64,000 nt of DNA, taken from a virus. Below are positions 30,690 to 39,303 of the stretch, one piece after another. Each line of letters opens with the position of its first letter. The first letter of the stretch is position 1. The notes below the pieces were generated by a model that was not told the origin of the DNA, did no database searches, and was given only the letters and a program-made list of their open reading frames with translations. Location of the stretch: positions 122,824 through 186,823 of IMG/VR virus record IMGVR_UViG_3300044695_006747. The stretch is one strand, 5' to 3'. Made by a program: the position numbers and the translations under genes.

Positions 30690-31199
30690 ATGAGTCAATG
30701 CGTCAACTGTTTCAAAGAAACAAATAATCCAAAGTTTTGTTCCAGATCATGCGGTGTGTCATACAATAATCGAATAAAGCCTAAAAGAATTGCAACAAAA
30801 AAATATTTTAAGTGTTTATATTGTAAGAAGAAAACTCAATTTTATACTAATAATCCAAGAAAATATTGTTCAAAAAGTTGTAGGATAATACATAATAGAA
30901 ATACTTCAGACAGTCTCATAGAAGTGAATGGGTTTGGCAGTGGTCATTATCATAATGCAACAATCAGAAAATATTTGATAAGAAAACATGGGAATAACTG
31001 TATGATCTGCGGACAATCTGGAGACAATTGGAATGGTAAACCTATTACGCTTATTGTGGATCATATTGATGGAAAGTCCAACAATAATATGCTTGATAAT
31101 CTCCGTATTGTTTGTCCAAACTGCGATTGTCAATTGCCTACTTATAAGGCTAAAAACAAAGGCAACAGTTCTAGATCATATTTTATAGTTCAAAAATAA
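30690..31199 (+). CDS. Free-standing HNH endonuclease with N-terminal zinc motifs
   Basis: AAGGAG RBS; CxxC/FCSRSC repeats; LIVDHIDG..NN...NLRIVCPNC. Confidence 0.9.
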   Translation: MSQCVNCFKETNNPKFCSRSCGVSYNNRIKPKRIATKKYFKCLYCKKKTQFYTNNPRKYCSKSCRIIHNRNTSDSLIEVNGFGSGHYHNATIRKYLIRKHGNNCMICGQSGDNWNGKPITLIVDHIDGKSNNNMLDNLRIVCPNCDCQLPTYKAKNKGNSSRSYFIVQK

Positions 31200-31200
31200 A

Positions 31201-31472
31201 TAGCGCGTGTTGGAGTCGAACCAACCTTTTGAATACCTTATCTTACCACTATAACTTTCGTTACCCAAATGGTTTGTGGTCTGGACTTTATCTTTACCAT
31301 AACTTTAGTTTTAGGTACTGCCTGTCAAGTCTCTACACCTTACTATTTAATAGTCTTGGCTCGGTATTAGCATTTTAAAGCCTTCACCGAATTTAAGCAG
31401 TTCTACTCTACTGGTTTCCCAGTAGGCACTCATAATTTTAAGAGTATGTGCAACTACCGGCTGCAACGCGCC
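31201..31472 (-). tRNA. tRNA-Ile(UAU) split by a group I intron (exons 31472-31440 and 31241-31201)
   Basis: Spliced 74 nt: acceptor GGCGCGT/ACGCGCT with A73, anticodon stem ATACT/GGTAT, loop CT-T^AT-AA, T-arm GTTGG TTCGACT CCAAC; D-arm short and atypical. Confidence 0.8.
31242..31439 (-). mobile_element. Group I self-splicing intron (IC3-like, 198 nt, no ORF)
   Basis: P1 CUU/GAG with U-G, P2 CTACTGG-GAAA-CCAGTAG, P3 CTGCTT/AGGCAG, P4 TCGGT/ACCGA, R GTAGAGACTTGAC, S AAGATAAAGTCCA, P9 GTAAC-GAAA-GTTAT, terminal G, P10 TTAT/ATAA. Confidence 0.9.
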
Positions 31473-31503
31473 ATATTGTAAAAGATCAACCACCAACTCT
31501 CGT

Positions 31504-31532
31504 ATTATACCTTATCGACCAATCCCTGTCAA
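31504..31532 (-). promoter_or_regulatory. Promoter TTGACA-N17-TATAAT for the intron-containing tRNA
   Basis: TTGACA GGGATTGGTCGATAAGG TATAAT; shares ATTGGTCGATAAGGTATA with the promoter at 62648-62676. Confidence 0.8.
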
Positions 31533-32074
31533 CCCTTGAGAAATTTTTCGTAATAGTGGCGATAAAAACCCATAATTATGCCACTAGTTGTTCCAACATT
31601 TAAAGACCTAACACTTCCATAAGTAGGAATAGTTAAAACACAACTACAAGCCATAAGAATCTTTTCTGATAAACCAGCATTTTCTTCTCCAAAAATAAAA
31701 ATTGGTTCATCAACATTGGAGAAATCAAAATTAAAAGGATCGAATGTAATATCTTTGTATTCTGGAATATTATTTTCAATAGCAATTAATGTACGACCAC
31801 TTGACGAATGTGATTTAATAAAATCTTCTTCAGTTTTATGATGATACATTGGGGTATAGTGGTGGGTTCCTACACTACCTCTTTTATCCCATTTCTTTTT
31901 GCCTACATAATGAACGCTACGAAATCCAAAAAAATTAGCATTACGAACCATAGTGCTAAGATTAAAATCTCCACTGATATTAATCATTGCAACACTAGCG
32001 GGAATACTTTTATCCTGACAATATTTGGCAATATCTGGTATAGCCAAGTCTTTCAAACTATCAAGCACGTTCAT
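31529..32074 (-). CDS. SpoU/TrmH-family (TrmL-like) RNA 2'-O-methyltransferase
   Basis: NLSTMVRNA, IAIE, FIFGEENAGLS, IPTYGSVRSLNV. Confidence 0.88.
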   Translation of the reverse strand: MNVLDSLKDLAIPDIAKYCQDKSIPASVAMINISGDFNLSTMVRNANFFGFRSVHYVGKKKWDKRGSVGTHHYTPMYHHKTEEDFIKSHSSSGRTLIAIENNIPEYKDITFDPFNFDFSNVDEPIFIFGEENAGLSEKILMACSCVLTIPTYGSVRSLNVGTTSGIIMGFYRHYYEKFLKG

Positions 32075-32872
32075 CTTTTTCCAATTTTCTTTGTAAGCCT
32101 TTTAATTCTTGTTCTAATCTAACTATCTTGTCATACATATCAGAACAACGTTGACATATATCGGAACTAATATAGGCTCTTGTTTCCCATATTTCTTCTT
32201 TTAAAAAAGATACTCTATCAAGAATCTTTTCTCTTTCGTTTTCGCTTGGGTTTGTCATTTTTTGGAGTCTCCTTTTGCCAAAAAACCATTTCATTAAGTT
32301 CATCGTCCCAAGCACATTCAACCAAATCTTGTGCTGCCAGTTTAGCCAAACCAATATTATGAATCCAAATCGTTATCTCATCAAAAATTTTTTGATTAGC
32401 ATCTTCGTTTAGTAGTGGGTAATTATTATCGTCATAACCAAGGCAATTACTTTTAACTAAACCAACCATTTGATTGATACTGATATAGTCATCCAAATTA
32501 TCCTCATGACTATTTTCACTAATATTTTTAGCCGCAGCCTCTCTCATTTGAGAAACATAACCATCGAGATTATTAATAGCGTAAATTTCTTCGCTCATGA
32601 TTTCTCCAATTACTTGATAAATTTAGATACACCAGCAGATTCTTCAGAATCATCTTTAATACGGTCAATCGTATCTTGTAGAGTTACCTCGCCTCTTGGT
32701 AGCCATTTTACATCATTATACAGTGCTGTCAATATCTGAGGCATCCAGTGCTGATAAGCATCTGAATATTGGTCTGGAAAATAAATCTGTAGCACAGCGT
32801 CTATTTTTTTAAGAGATTCTGCTATTTCTTCTCTCAAATCAAGCAAATCATTTATTTTTGATTGATTATTCA

Positions 32873-33298
32873 TTAAACGAGTTCTCTGGCCGACTCCTGA
32901 TGGTCTTTCCTTTTCAGTTTAAGAATCTTGTGCTTAACCTTCCAAACTCCAGTCTCAGGATTCTGGTAATCTGGCCCCATATAAATATGAGCAAACCCTG
33001 CGTTCTTGTCCAAACCCCAAGCATGAATACCCTTACTATCAATCTTCTCAACAACAAACTTACCTCTATAACCCATAGGAATAAGTTCGCCACTGTGGAG
33101 GAAATATGGGCCTCCTCCAACCTTAATCTTGTCTCCCTTTTCCAGTTCCTTCCAATTAAAATCTTTTACAATTTTAAGTGTTCGCTTCTCCTTATTGGTT
33201 ATTTTAAAAGAGAAAACATGGTTGCAGTTTTTGCAAACATAGGCTCGCGGCCCAACCATATTGGAACAATTCGGACAAGTCTTTTTACCCTTTGGCAT
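32873..33298 (-). CDS. Hypothetical protein with an N-terminal zinc ribbon
   Basis: CPNC...CKNC; own promoter at 33332-33359. Confidence 0.65.
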   Translation of the reverse strand: MPKGKKTCPNCSNMVGPRAYVCKNCNHVFSFKITNKEKRTLKIVKDFNWKELEKGDKIKVGGGPYFLHSGELIPMGYRGKFVVEKIDSKGIHAWGLDKNAGFAHIYMGPDYQNPETGVWKVKHKILKLKRKDHQESARELV

Positions 33299-33834
33299 CG
33301 GTAGTCTCCTGTGTTGGTGTTGAATACTCTATGTATATCACACTTATCGGCGTTGTCAAGCGGTTTTCTTTAGACCATCCACGATTGTGAGTTTACCAGG
33401 AACATAATGACAAAAATAACTAGAATGAATTTTTCGTTTAATTAGATTATCTTCTTCAATTTCTGTATAAACATTAATTCTATAGCGATTCTCCCAAACA
33501 TTAATAATCTTAGTCATAAGATGATTTCTAGGCTTAGGCACTTGCTTAAAAAGCAGACTTTCAATTTCAAGATCCATTAGTTGTTTTCTCCATCAGAGCG
33601 TGTTGCAATAGTAATATAAAGATTATGAAATTTTGGATCATTCATTTGGAGTAAATCTGCTTCGTAGAATTCACCAAGATATTTGTCGAATACCACAACT
33701 TTTTCTTGCCAATCAAACTTACCAAATCCTTTAATATCATTTGCTTGTTGGTGAAGAAAATTATATAGATCAAGCCAATTCATTTATCTAGCCCTCCGAA
33801 AAATAATTAGTTTTGTGGATACAATCGGTTAAGA

Positions 33835-34053
33835 TTATCTAGCACGACGATTAGCACGATGAAGAATTCTAAGTGTTTCTGTAGCATTTGCAGGACAAAC
33901 GATTAGGTCTGGTGCAGTTTTGTGAGAAAAATTCATAAAACCCACAGCACGATTTTCTACGCTACAATCTTTGCAAATCATTTTGCGACCAGTTTCAACC
34001 AGAAACTCGTAGCGATCAAAATCAATATCGTTTTGACAATAAATACAGTTCAT
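33835..34053 (-). CDS. DksA/TraR-like C4 zinc-finger protein
   Basis: CIYC...I...R...CKDC spacing. Confidence 0.55.
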   Translation of the reverse strand: MNCIYCQNDIDFDRYEFLVETGRKMICKDCSVENRAVGFMNFSHKTAPDLIVCPANATETLRILHRANRRAR

Positions 34054-34074
34054 TGGTATCCTCCTGTCAACGGA

Positions 34075-34533
34075 TTATACCATAGTTGTCGGCATTGTCA
34101 ACTCGTCGGCTGAAATCAAAATTCCAAAGTTGTCACTAAAATTGCCACAATCTGTGCTATAATAAACATCGTTTAATCCAACACTCTGCAATAGTTTATT
34201 ACAATTTTCACAAGGCTTACTCCCTAAGATCAATCCTTTTCTGTTAATACGCATAACAACAATTGACCAACTAGGATCAATGGTATTATAACTATCAAGC
34301 AATTTAGAAACCAAATGACTTTCAGCATGAAAAAATGGATACTCCTTGTATTTAGGAAGATTAAAATCTTCACCTATTCTATAAGCACCAGTATGAGTTT
34401 TAATAGGATTGTTTTGTGTGAAACCAATAAGTTTTGTTCCATCATATGCAGCAGCATAGTGGTAGCATCTAATTAGTCTGGTCGGATTCCAGTTGTTGTA
34501 TGCTCGTCGTATTGTCTTGTCTATTATTTTCAT
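34075..34533 (-). CDS. Zn-dependent cytidine/adenosine deaminase-fold protein
   Basis: HAE and SKPCENC, VYYST. Confidence 0.8.
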   Translation of the reverse strand: MKIIDKTIRRAYNNWNPTRLIRCYHYAAAYDGTKLIGFTQNNPIKTHTGAYRIGEDFNLPKYKEYPFFHAESHLVSKLLDSYNTIDPSWSIVVMRINRKGLILGSKPCENCNKLLQSVGLNDVYYSTDCGNFSDNFGILISADELTMPTTMV

Positions 34534-34821
34534 TATTTCTTGCCAATACTGGCGGGCCTAGATTTGTATCGTGTACTTCCCAGATTTCATTATCAGTTAA
34601 TGGAATTCTTTTTGGTTCTTTAATTCTTGGGTTATCTGTTAGTGGTATTCGTTTTGGTTCTTTCATAAAATATCCTTATTTTGATGCTAACATATATAAG
34701 CCGACATTGGCAAAAGCATAGCCAATATATGTAATTAACATAGCAATATTTTTATGCACAATATATTGCTCTAATGCGACATATAAATAAACACATCCAG
34801 TAAAAGCAATCAACCATGCGC

Positions 34822-35739
34822 TCATACAATAACTCCTTTACAGATTTCGGCGTGATGCTCTATAGCATAATCTTTTGCTTTCAACTCCATGTCAATATCA
34901 AATTCTAATCCATAGTTGTCAAATGGATTTTCAGCATAGTCAGCATGAGCCCTTGGATTATTTCCGGGCTTGCTTTCACTGTAATGAAATAGTGGACGAT
35001 ATTCTCCCCATGTAAGATAACAAGACTCCAATGCTTCTTGTTCCTCCATATTATCTGGATTACACTTGTGATGCAGATAGTCAAAGGTAATTGGTATGTT
35101 TGTGGCTGGATTAAAATGTTCGATAAGTTCTTTCACACTCCAGCAGTTAATTTTGTCATCATTTTCAATAACCAGTCTGCTCCTGCAATTAGAATCAAGA
35201 CGATTAAAATTTTGAATAAAGCGACTAATGATCTCAGAGTGTGTTCCATTTTTATTGTGTACATGAAGGTTCATCGGAGCATTATAGTTTGCCGGTAGAC
35301 CAATACGATCAAAAAACCAACTATAGAAATTGAGTTCAATAATAGTTTTATTAACAGCCTTATCGTTCATAGATGCAAGAACATTAAATTCGCTTGGATG
35401 ACAAGTAACACGAACATTCGTGTTCTTGATAGACGATGCGATATTATCGAATTCATTATTGATAGAATCGTAATTAGGCAAATCTTCCAACTTTACATTT
35501 GCTTCGTCATAAGTAATTAGTGGAAAAATATCACTACTAACACGATAAACATAGTTATTTTCAGCACAAAATTGTATGGTCTTGTCTGTGACCATAAGAT
35601 TGTTCTGGATTCTGCCTCCAAGAATGGTTAGTGCTTCTTCTCTTGGTAGCGAATTAAATCGCTTGTAAGTCATAGTTTGATGACTAAAACCCTGCTCTTT
35701 GAGTTTGAGGCTAATGCAGCAAAGACCGTATCTGTTCAT
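34822..35739 (-). CDS. uvsE: UV DNA damage endonuclease (start moved to MNRYGLCC, AAGGAG RBS)
   Basis: YRVSSDIFP, HPSEFNVL, NLHV, LVIENDDK, FDYLHH, FHYSES, AHADY, ELKAKD. Confidence 0.93.
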   Translation of the reverse strand: MNRYGLCCISLKLKEQGFSHQTMTYKRFNSLPREEALTILGGRIQNNLMVTDKTIQFCAENNYVYRVSSDIFPLITYDEANVKLEDLPNYDSINNEFDNIASSIKNTNVRVTCHPSEFNVLASMNDKAVNKTIIELNFYSWFFDRIGLPANYNAPMNLHVHNKNGTHSEIISRFIQNFNRLDSNCRSRLVIENDDKINCWSVKELIEHFNPATNIPITFDYLHHKCNPDNMEEQEALESCYLTWGEYRPLFHYSESKPGNNPRAHADYAENPFDNYGLEFDIDMELKAKDYAIEHHAEICKGVIV

Positions 35740-35756
35740 AGAATCTCCTTGGTCAC

Positions 35757-35784
35757 AGTATATCACAGTATCGGCCAGAGTCAA
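35757..35784 (-). promoter_or_regulatory. Promoter TTGACT-N16-TATACT with GCCGATA core
   Basis: TTGACT CTGGCCGATACTGTGA TATACT, directly upstream of uvsE. Confidence 0.75.
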
Positions 35785-35961
35785 GCCGCTTCTTGAGAGA
35801 TTTCTTCAACAGATAGAATCTTTACGAGAGAAAATTCTATACAAGGAAAATGTAACTTAAAATTAGACAGTGCTTCTTCTGATGAGCATCCGTCATATAC
35901 TTGATTAATTAATAGATTTTGTTTTGATAGGTCATTGTTCTTGAAAACTTGTGCGGTAATA

Positions 35962-36483
35962 TTAAATATTCTCATAAATATCCTTCATAAAAGTATTTAT
36001 ATCTTCCAATCGTTTGTACTGAATCTCGTATCGACTTTGATCGTAAGTAAAATTATTGGTTTGTGTTCCAGCAGGAGCAAAATTTGCTAGGTTAAAAAAG
36101 TTTTCTTTAGATATGATCCCACATATCCATGCTATGCTAAAATCATTTTTAACTCTACTAAATATATAATAGTCTGTGTTTCTTGATTTTTGTTCCTCAT
36201 AAAGAGTAGCAGAAAAATAATCTAATGGCTTGGAGTTACATCCCTGTGCTTTAGAGTCCAGAGTAATATCATTAAATATAAAATCAACAACATCGCTGTC
36301 GCTATATTTTATATCTGGAAATAATGAACGAACACAAGCCTCTGCCAAATAGCCAGTCATTCTTTGTCTGTCTTTATTTGTTCTATGTGTTCCAATATTT
36401 CCAAATTTATTTTTATAGGCAAGATTCCTATTAGATGCTTCGTCAAAGATTTGACGAGTTATTTTTACTGGTACTATCGCCAC
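35962..36483 (-). CDS. Hypothetical protein (possible restriction-endonuclease-like fold)
   Basis: GYLAE...VDF...DSK spacing. Confidence 0.45.
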   Translation of the reverse strand: MAIVPVKITRQIFDEASNRNLAYKNKFGNIGTHRTNKDRQRMTGYLAEACVRSLFPDIKYSDSDVVDFIFNDITLDSKAQGCNSKPLDYFSATLYEEQKSRNTDYYIFSRVKNDFSIAWICGIISKENFFNLANFAPAGTQTNNFTYDQSRYEIQYKRLEDINTFMKDIYENI

Positions 36484-37109
36484 GACAATGCCTCAGATAT
36501 AATGGGGAATTGTTCTGAAAAAATTTCCTTACAACTGTTAGCAATATCCATGTGTTCTTTTTGAGTTCCGTTAGATGATCGCAGCTCAATATAATGCACC
36601 CACGAGCGAATTGATCCGCTCATATAAAGTCTAGTTGGAGTAGCAAGAGGTAAAACAAACCTAGCACACTCTTTTGCTATACCATCTCTAATCATTTGTT
36701 CATACAATAATTGAGCATTTCTAAAATGATCTGATATTCTTGCATACCAATATTTCTTTTCATAGTCATCAACGCTATCTATACTATTTTGTCTATTTTT
36801 TGTATCTTGTTTTCGCAAATCAAATAAAGGTATTTCTTCCGCTAAAAGAGTAGCGTCAGCATATCTTTGACTAAATTCTTGAAAAGTAAAACTACGATGA
36901 CGTAAAATTTGTGCGGCCAATCCTCTTGTAGTATTTATTTCGAGAGTCATATAAGCCATTTCAAATATAGACCAATGTTTATGATCTATACAATACTTGA
37001 GTAGTCTACTTATATTATCATTATCTTGATTCTTTGGATTGCTTACTCTTGCACAGTATGCTATTTGTTTTTCTGCGTCAGGAGTTACACTAATTAATTT
37101 TACGTTCAT
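36474..37109 (-). CDS. thyX: FAD-dependent thymidylate synthase
   Basis: HWSIFE, QILRHRSFTFQEFSQRY, KECARFVLP, HYIELR. Confidence 0.97.
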   Translation of the reverse strand: MNVKLISVTPDAEKQIAYCARVSNPKNQDNDNISRLLKYCIDHKHWSIFEMAYMTLEINTTRGLAAQILRHRSFTFQEFSQRYADATLLAEEIPLFDLRKQDTKNRQNSIDSVDDYEKKYWYARISDHFRNAQLLYEQMIRDGIAKECARFVLPLATPTRLYMSGSIRSWVHYIELRSSNGTQKEHMDIANSCKEIFSEQFPIISEALSWR

Positions 37110-37943
37110 TATTCCACCATTTCATAGTTCTATCCCATACTGGTTTAAAAAAATACGCTGTAATCACGCTAGAAATACCACCAATAATACCATTAGCAAC
37201 TGCTACTGGCACAACTACGCATGTGTAAACAATATTTTTCTTTTTAATAGTCACTTACGTTTGCTTTTTTAATTTCTAAATTATCACGATATTCTTTTTG
37301 ATGATCCAGCCATTTATTATCTGTGATATGATTATAAATAGCAATAGCAAGTTTACTAACACTTTTGGCAACACCACTAGCATCTGGCTCAGTAGAATCT
37401 AATTTAGCCCAATAATATTGATTGTCTTCTTTATCTTTGATAGTTTCATAGCCTTTAGATTTTGCCCAAGAACGAACCTCAGTCCATAGCATTTGTTTTC
37501 TCCTAACAACTCATATTACCAGATTTGGGCGGCTTGTCAACGTATTGCCTTATATTAGGATCATAATTTTCTATGGGTTTATCATAATGCTTCCATGCTG
37601 CTTTATGCTTGTATGCTATTATTTCCATTCTTTGTTCTTTGATTTCATTCATCTGATAAACTATAAGATCATACATTTCTATTAAAAGTTTGGCTATACT
37701 ATCATCAGAACAAGACTTTATTTTATCTGATAAACCATCAAGACATTCGTATTTTAGTGGAATATGTTCTTTCATTTTTGTAATTGTTCTTCACTAGAAT
37801 ATTTTATTTTAGACTGAAAACCAGCAGCATATCCTACCATGTATACTTTTTTATATGATTCAAAAGTGTTGCCAAATACTCCATAAATCAGAGAATAATT
37901 TTCTTTAAACCATTCATTAAAAGATTTTTCTTCATCACATAAT

Positions 37944-38567
37944 TCATCTGAGTTTTCTGTCATGTTTTCTGTACCTTTTGTAAATAGATAATATACCATT
38001 AATTAGACTGGGATCAAGATTAGTACGAATAAAATCATCATCATTATCGGTGATATATGCTTGAAGTTCATCGTTCAACACACTTTTATCATAACCTCTT
38101 TTAAGTATATGTTTAGATACTTTAAGAAAGCCCTTTTTATTTTTAGATATAAAATTATCTATTTCATTCTTATATCTAGAATCATATCCATACATAGCAT
38201 GAGATAGTTCATGTCTTAATGTGCTATTATTTTGTGCTCCTATAATATAAAATGTATCATGTCTATATTTTAGTAGTCCTAGTAGTTCTTTTTCTTGAGA
38301 AGTTAATGGATCAAACAGTCCTTGTTTAAACGGAATTAAAACTGAACTAGGAAAATTAAATCCTATCCAAAGATCACTGTATAGATCAGCACCGTATTGT
38401 AAACTGTAATAGTTTTTGATATCTCCAAGTGTAAATATCTTGTTACGATACTTTCTGCTCGGACTTTCATAGTATTCTTGGAAACGAATAAAAGTTTCAC
38501 CTAATTCTTTTTGAGAATCGGCACTAATCCAAATACTATTATATGGTTGTTTTTTAAGTTTTAACAC
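37944..38567 (-). CDS. Hypothetical protein with HExxH (zincin-like) motif
   Basis: LRHELSHAMY, downstream DELQAY. Confidence 0.55.
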   Translation of the reverse strand: MLKLKKQPYNSIWISADSQKELGETFIRFQEYYESPSRKYRNKIFTLGDIKNYYSLQYGADLYSDLWIGFNFPSSVLIPFKQGLFDPLTSQEKELLGLLKYRHDTFYIIGAQNNSTLRHELSHAMYGYDSRYKNEIDNFISKNKKGFLKVSKHILKRGYDKSVLNDELQAYITDNDDDFIRTNLDPSLINGILSIYKRYRKHDRKLR

Positions 38568-38568
38568 A

Positions 38569-39303
38569 TTATGTCCATAGGTGATGTCTTAGATTGATTA
38601 ATTCAATCATCATAGCCGTATCCTCATTGTCTTGATCTAGTTCCATTTGATAGGTTTTTTCGAATAACTTTTGCTTTTCTTTTGCTTTTTTGTTATCTAG
38701 AACATCATCAATATCTAAACCAAAAGTTTCTTCACTATATGGATCTTTTCTATTTGGCCTGTCATTTTTCCACCATTCATATAGTTTTTTAATCTTACGA
38801 GATGCTTTTGCTTGTTCTGTTAATTTTCCCTTGCTTTTTAGATTACAAGCCCAATCAAAATAATCATAGGACGCTTCAACACACCTACCATGCTTAAATT
38901 TGTATTTTTTATTTCGATCCCAAAGGCTTAGGTGAGACAGTTCTATCTCAACAAAATCTACTAACTCATTAAACAAACCATAAAGAATACGAGTATCAAG
39001 ATCGTAGTATTCTCCCGGTTTTAATCCAGTATTTAAGTAATGAGTTTTATCAAAATAACGATTACGAATATAAACTTTAACTGTTCGATAAATATCATAT
39101 GGAAAATACAGAATATCTTGTAGTTTTTGTAAACCAGTATCGCTTAACCAAAATCTATATGGTCTTTCTTTTCGCTGTTTATCTTTCCATTCATCCCATT
39201 CTCTAAGTCCAAGAGCGTGTGGCTTTTTCTCTCCGCGAATCCAGTCGGAAAATTTAGAACAACTCCAATAATTTATTCTAGTTTTTAATATACTACCAAA
39301 CAT
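38569..39303 (-). CDS. Hypothetical protein
   Basis: 244-aa ORF in operon. Confidence 0.65.
   Translation of the reverse strand: MFGSILKTRINYWSCSKFSDWIRGEKKPHALGLREWDEWKDKQRKERPYRFWLSDTGLQKLQDILYFPYDIYRTVKVYIRNRYFDKTHYLNTGLKPGEYYDLDTRILYGLFNELVDFVEIELSHLSLWDRNKKYKFKHGRCVEASYDYFDWACNLKSKGKLTEQAKASRKIKKLYEWWKNDRPNRKDPYSEETFGLDIDDVLDNKKAKEKQKLFEKTYQMELDQDNEDTAMMIELINLRHHLWT

Noticed and set aside
31242-31250. Alternative intron 3' ends at upstream G residues, which would give other anticodons
   Set aside because: Only G31242 restores a 5-bp stem with a 7-nt loop and satisfies P10 pairing.
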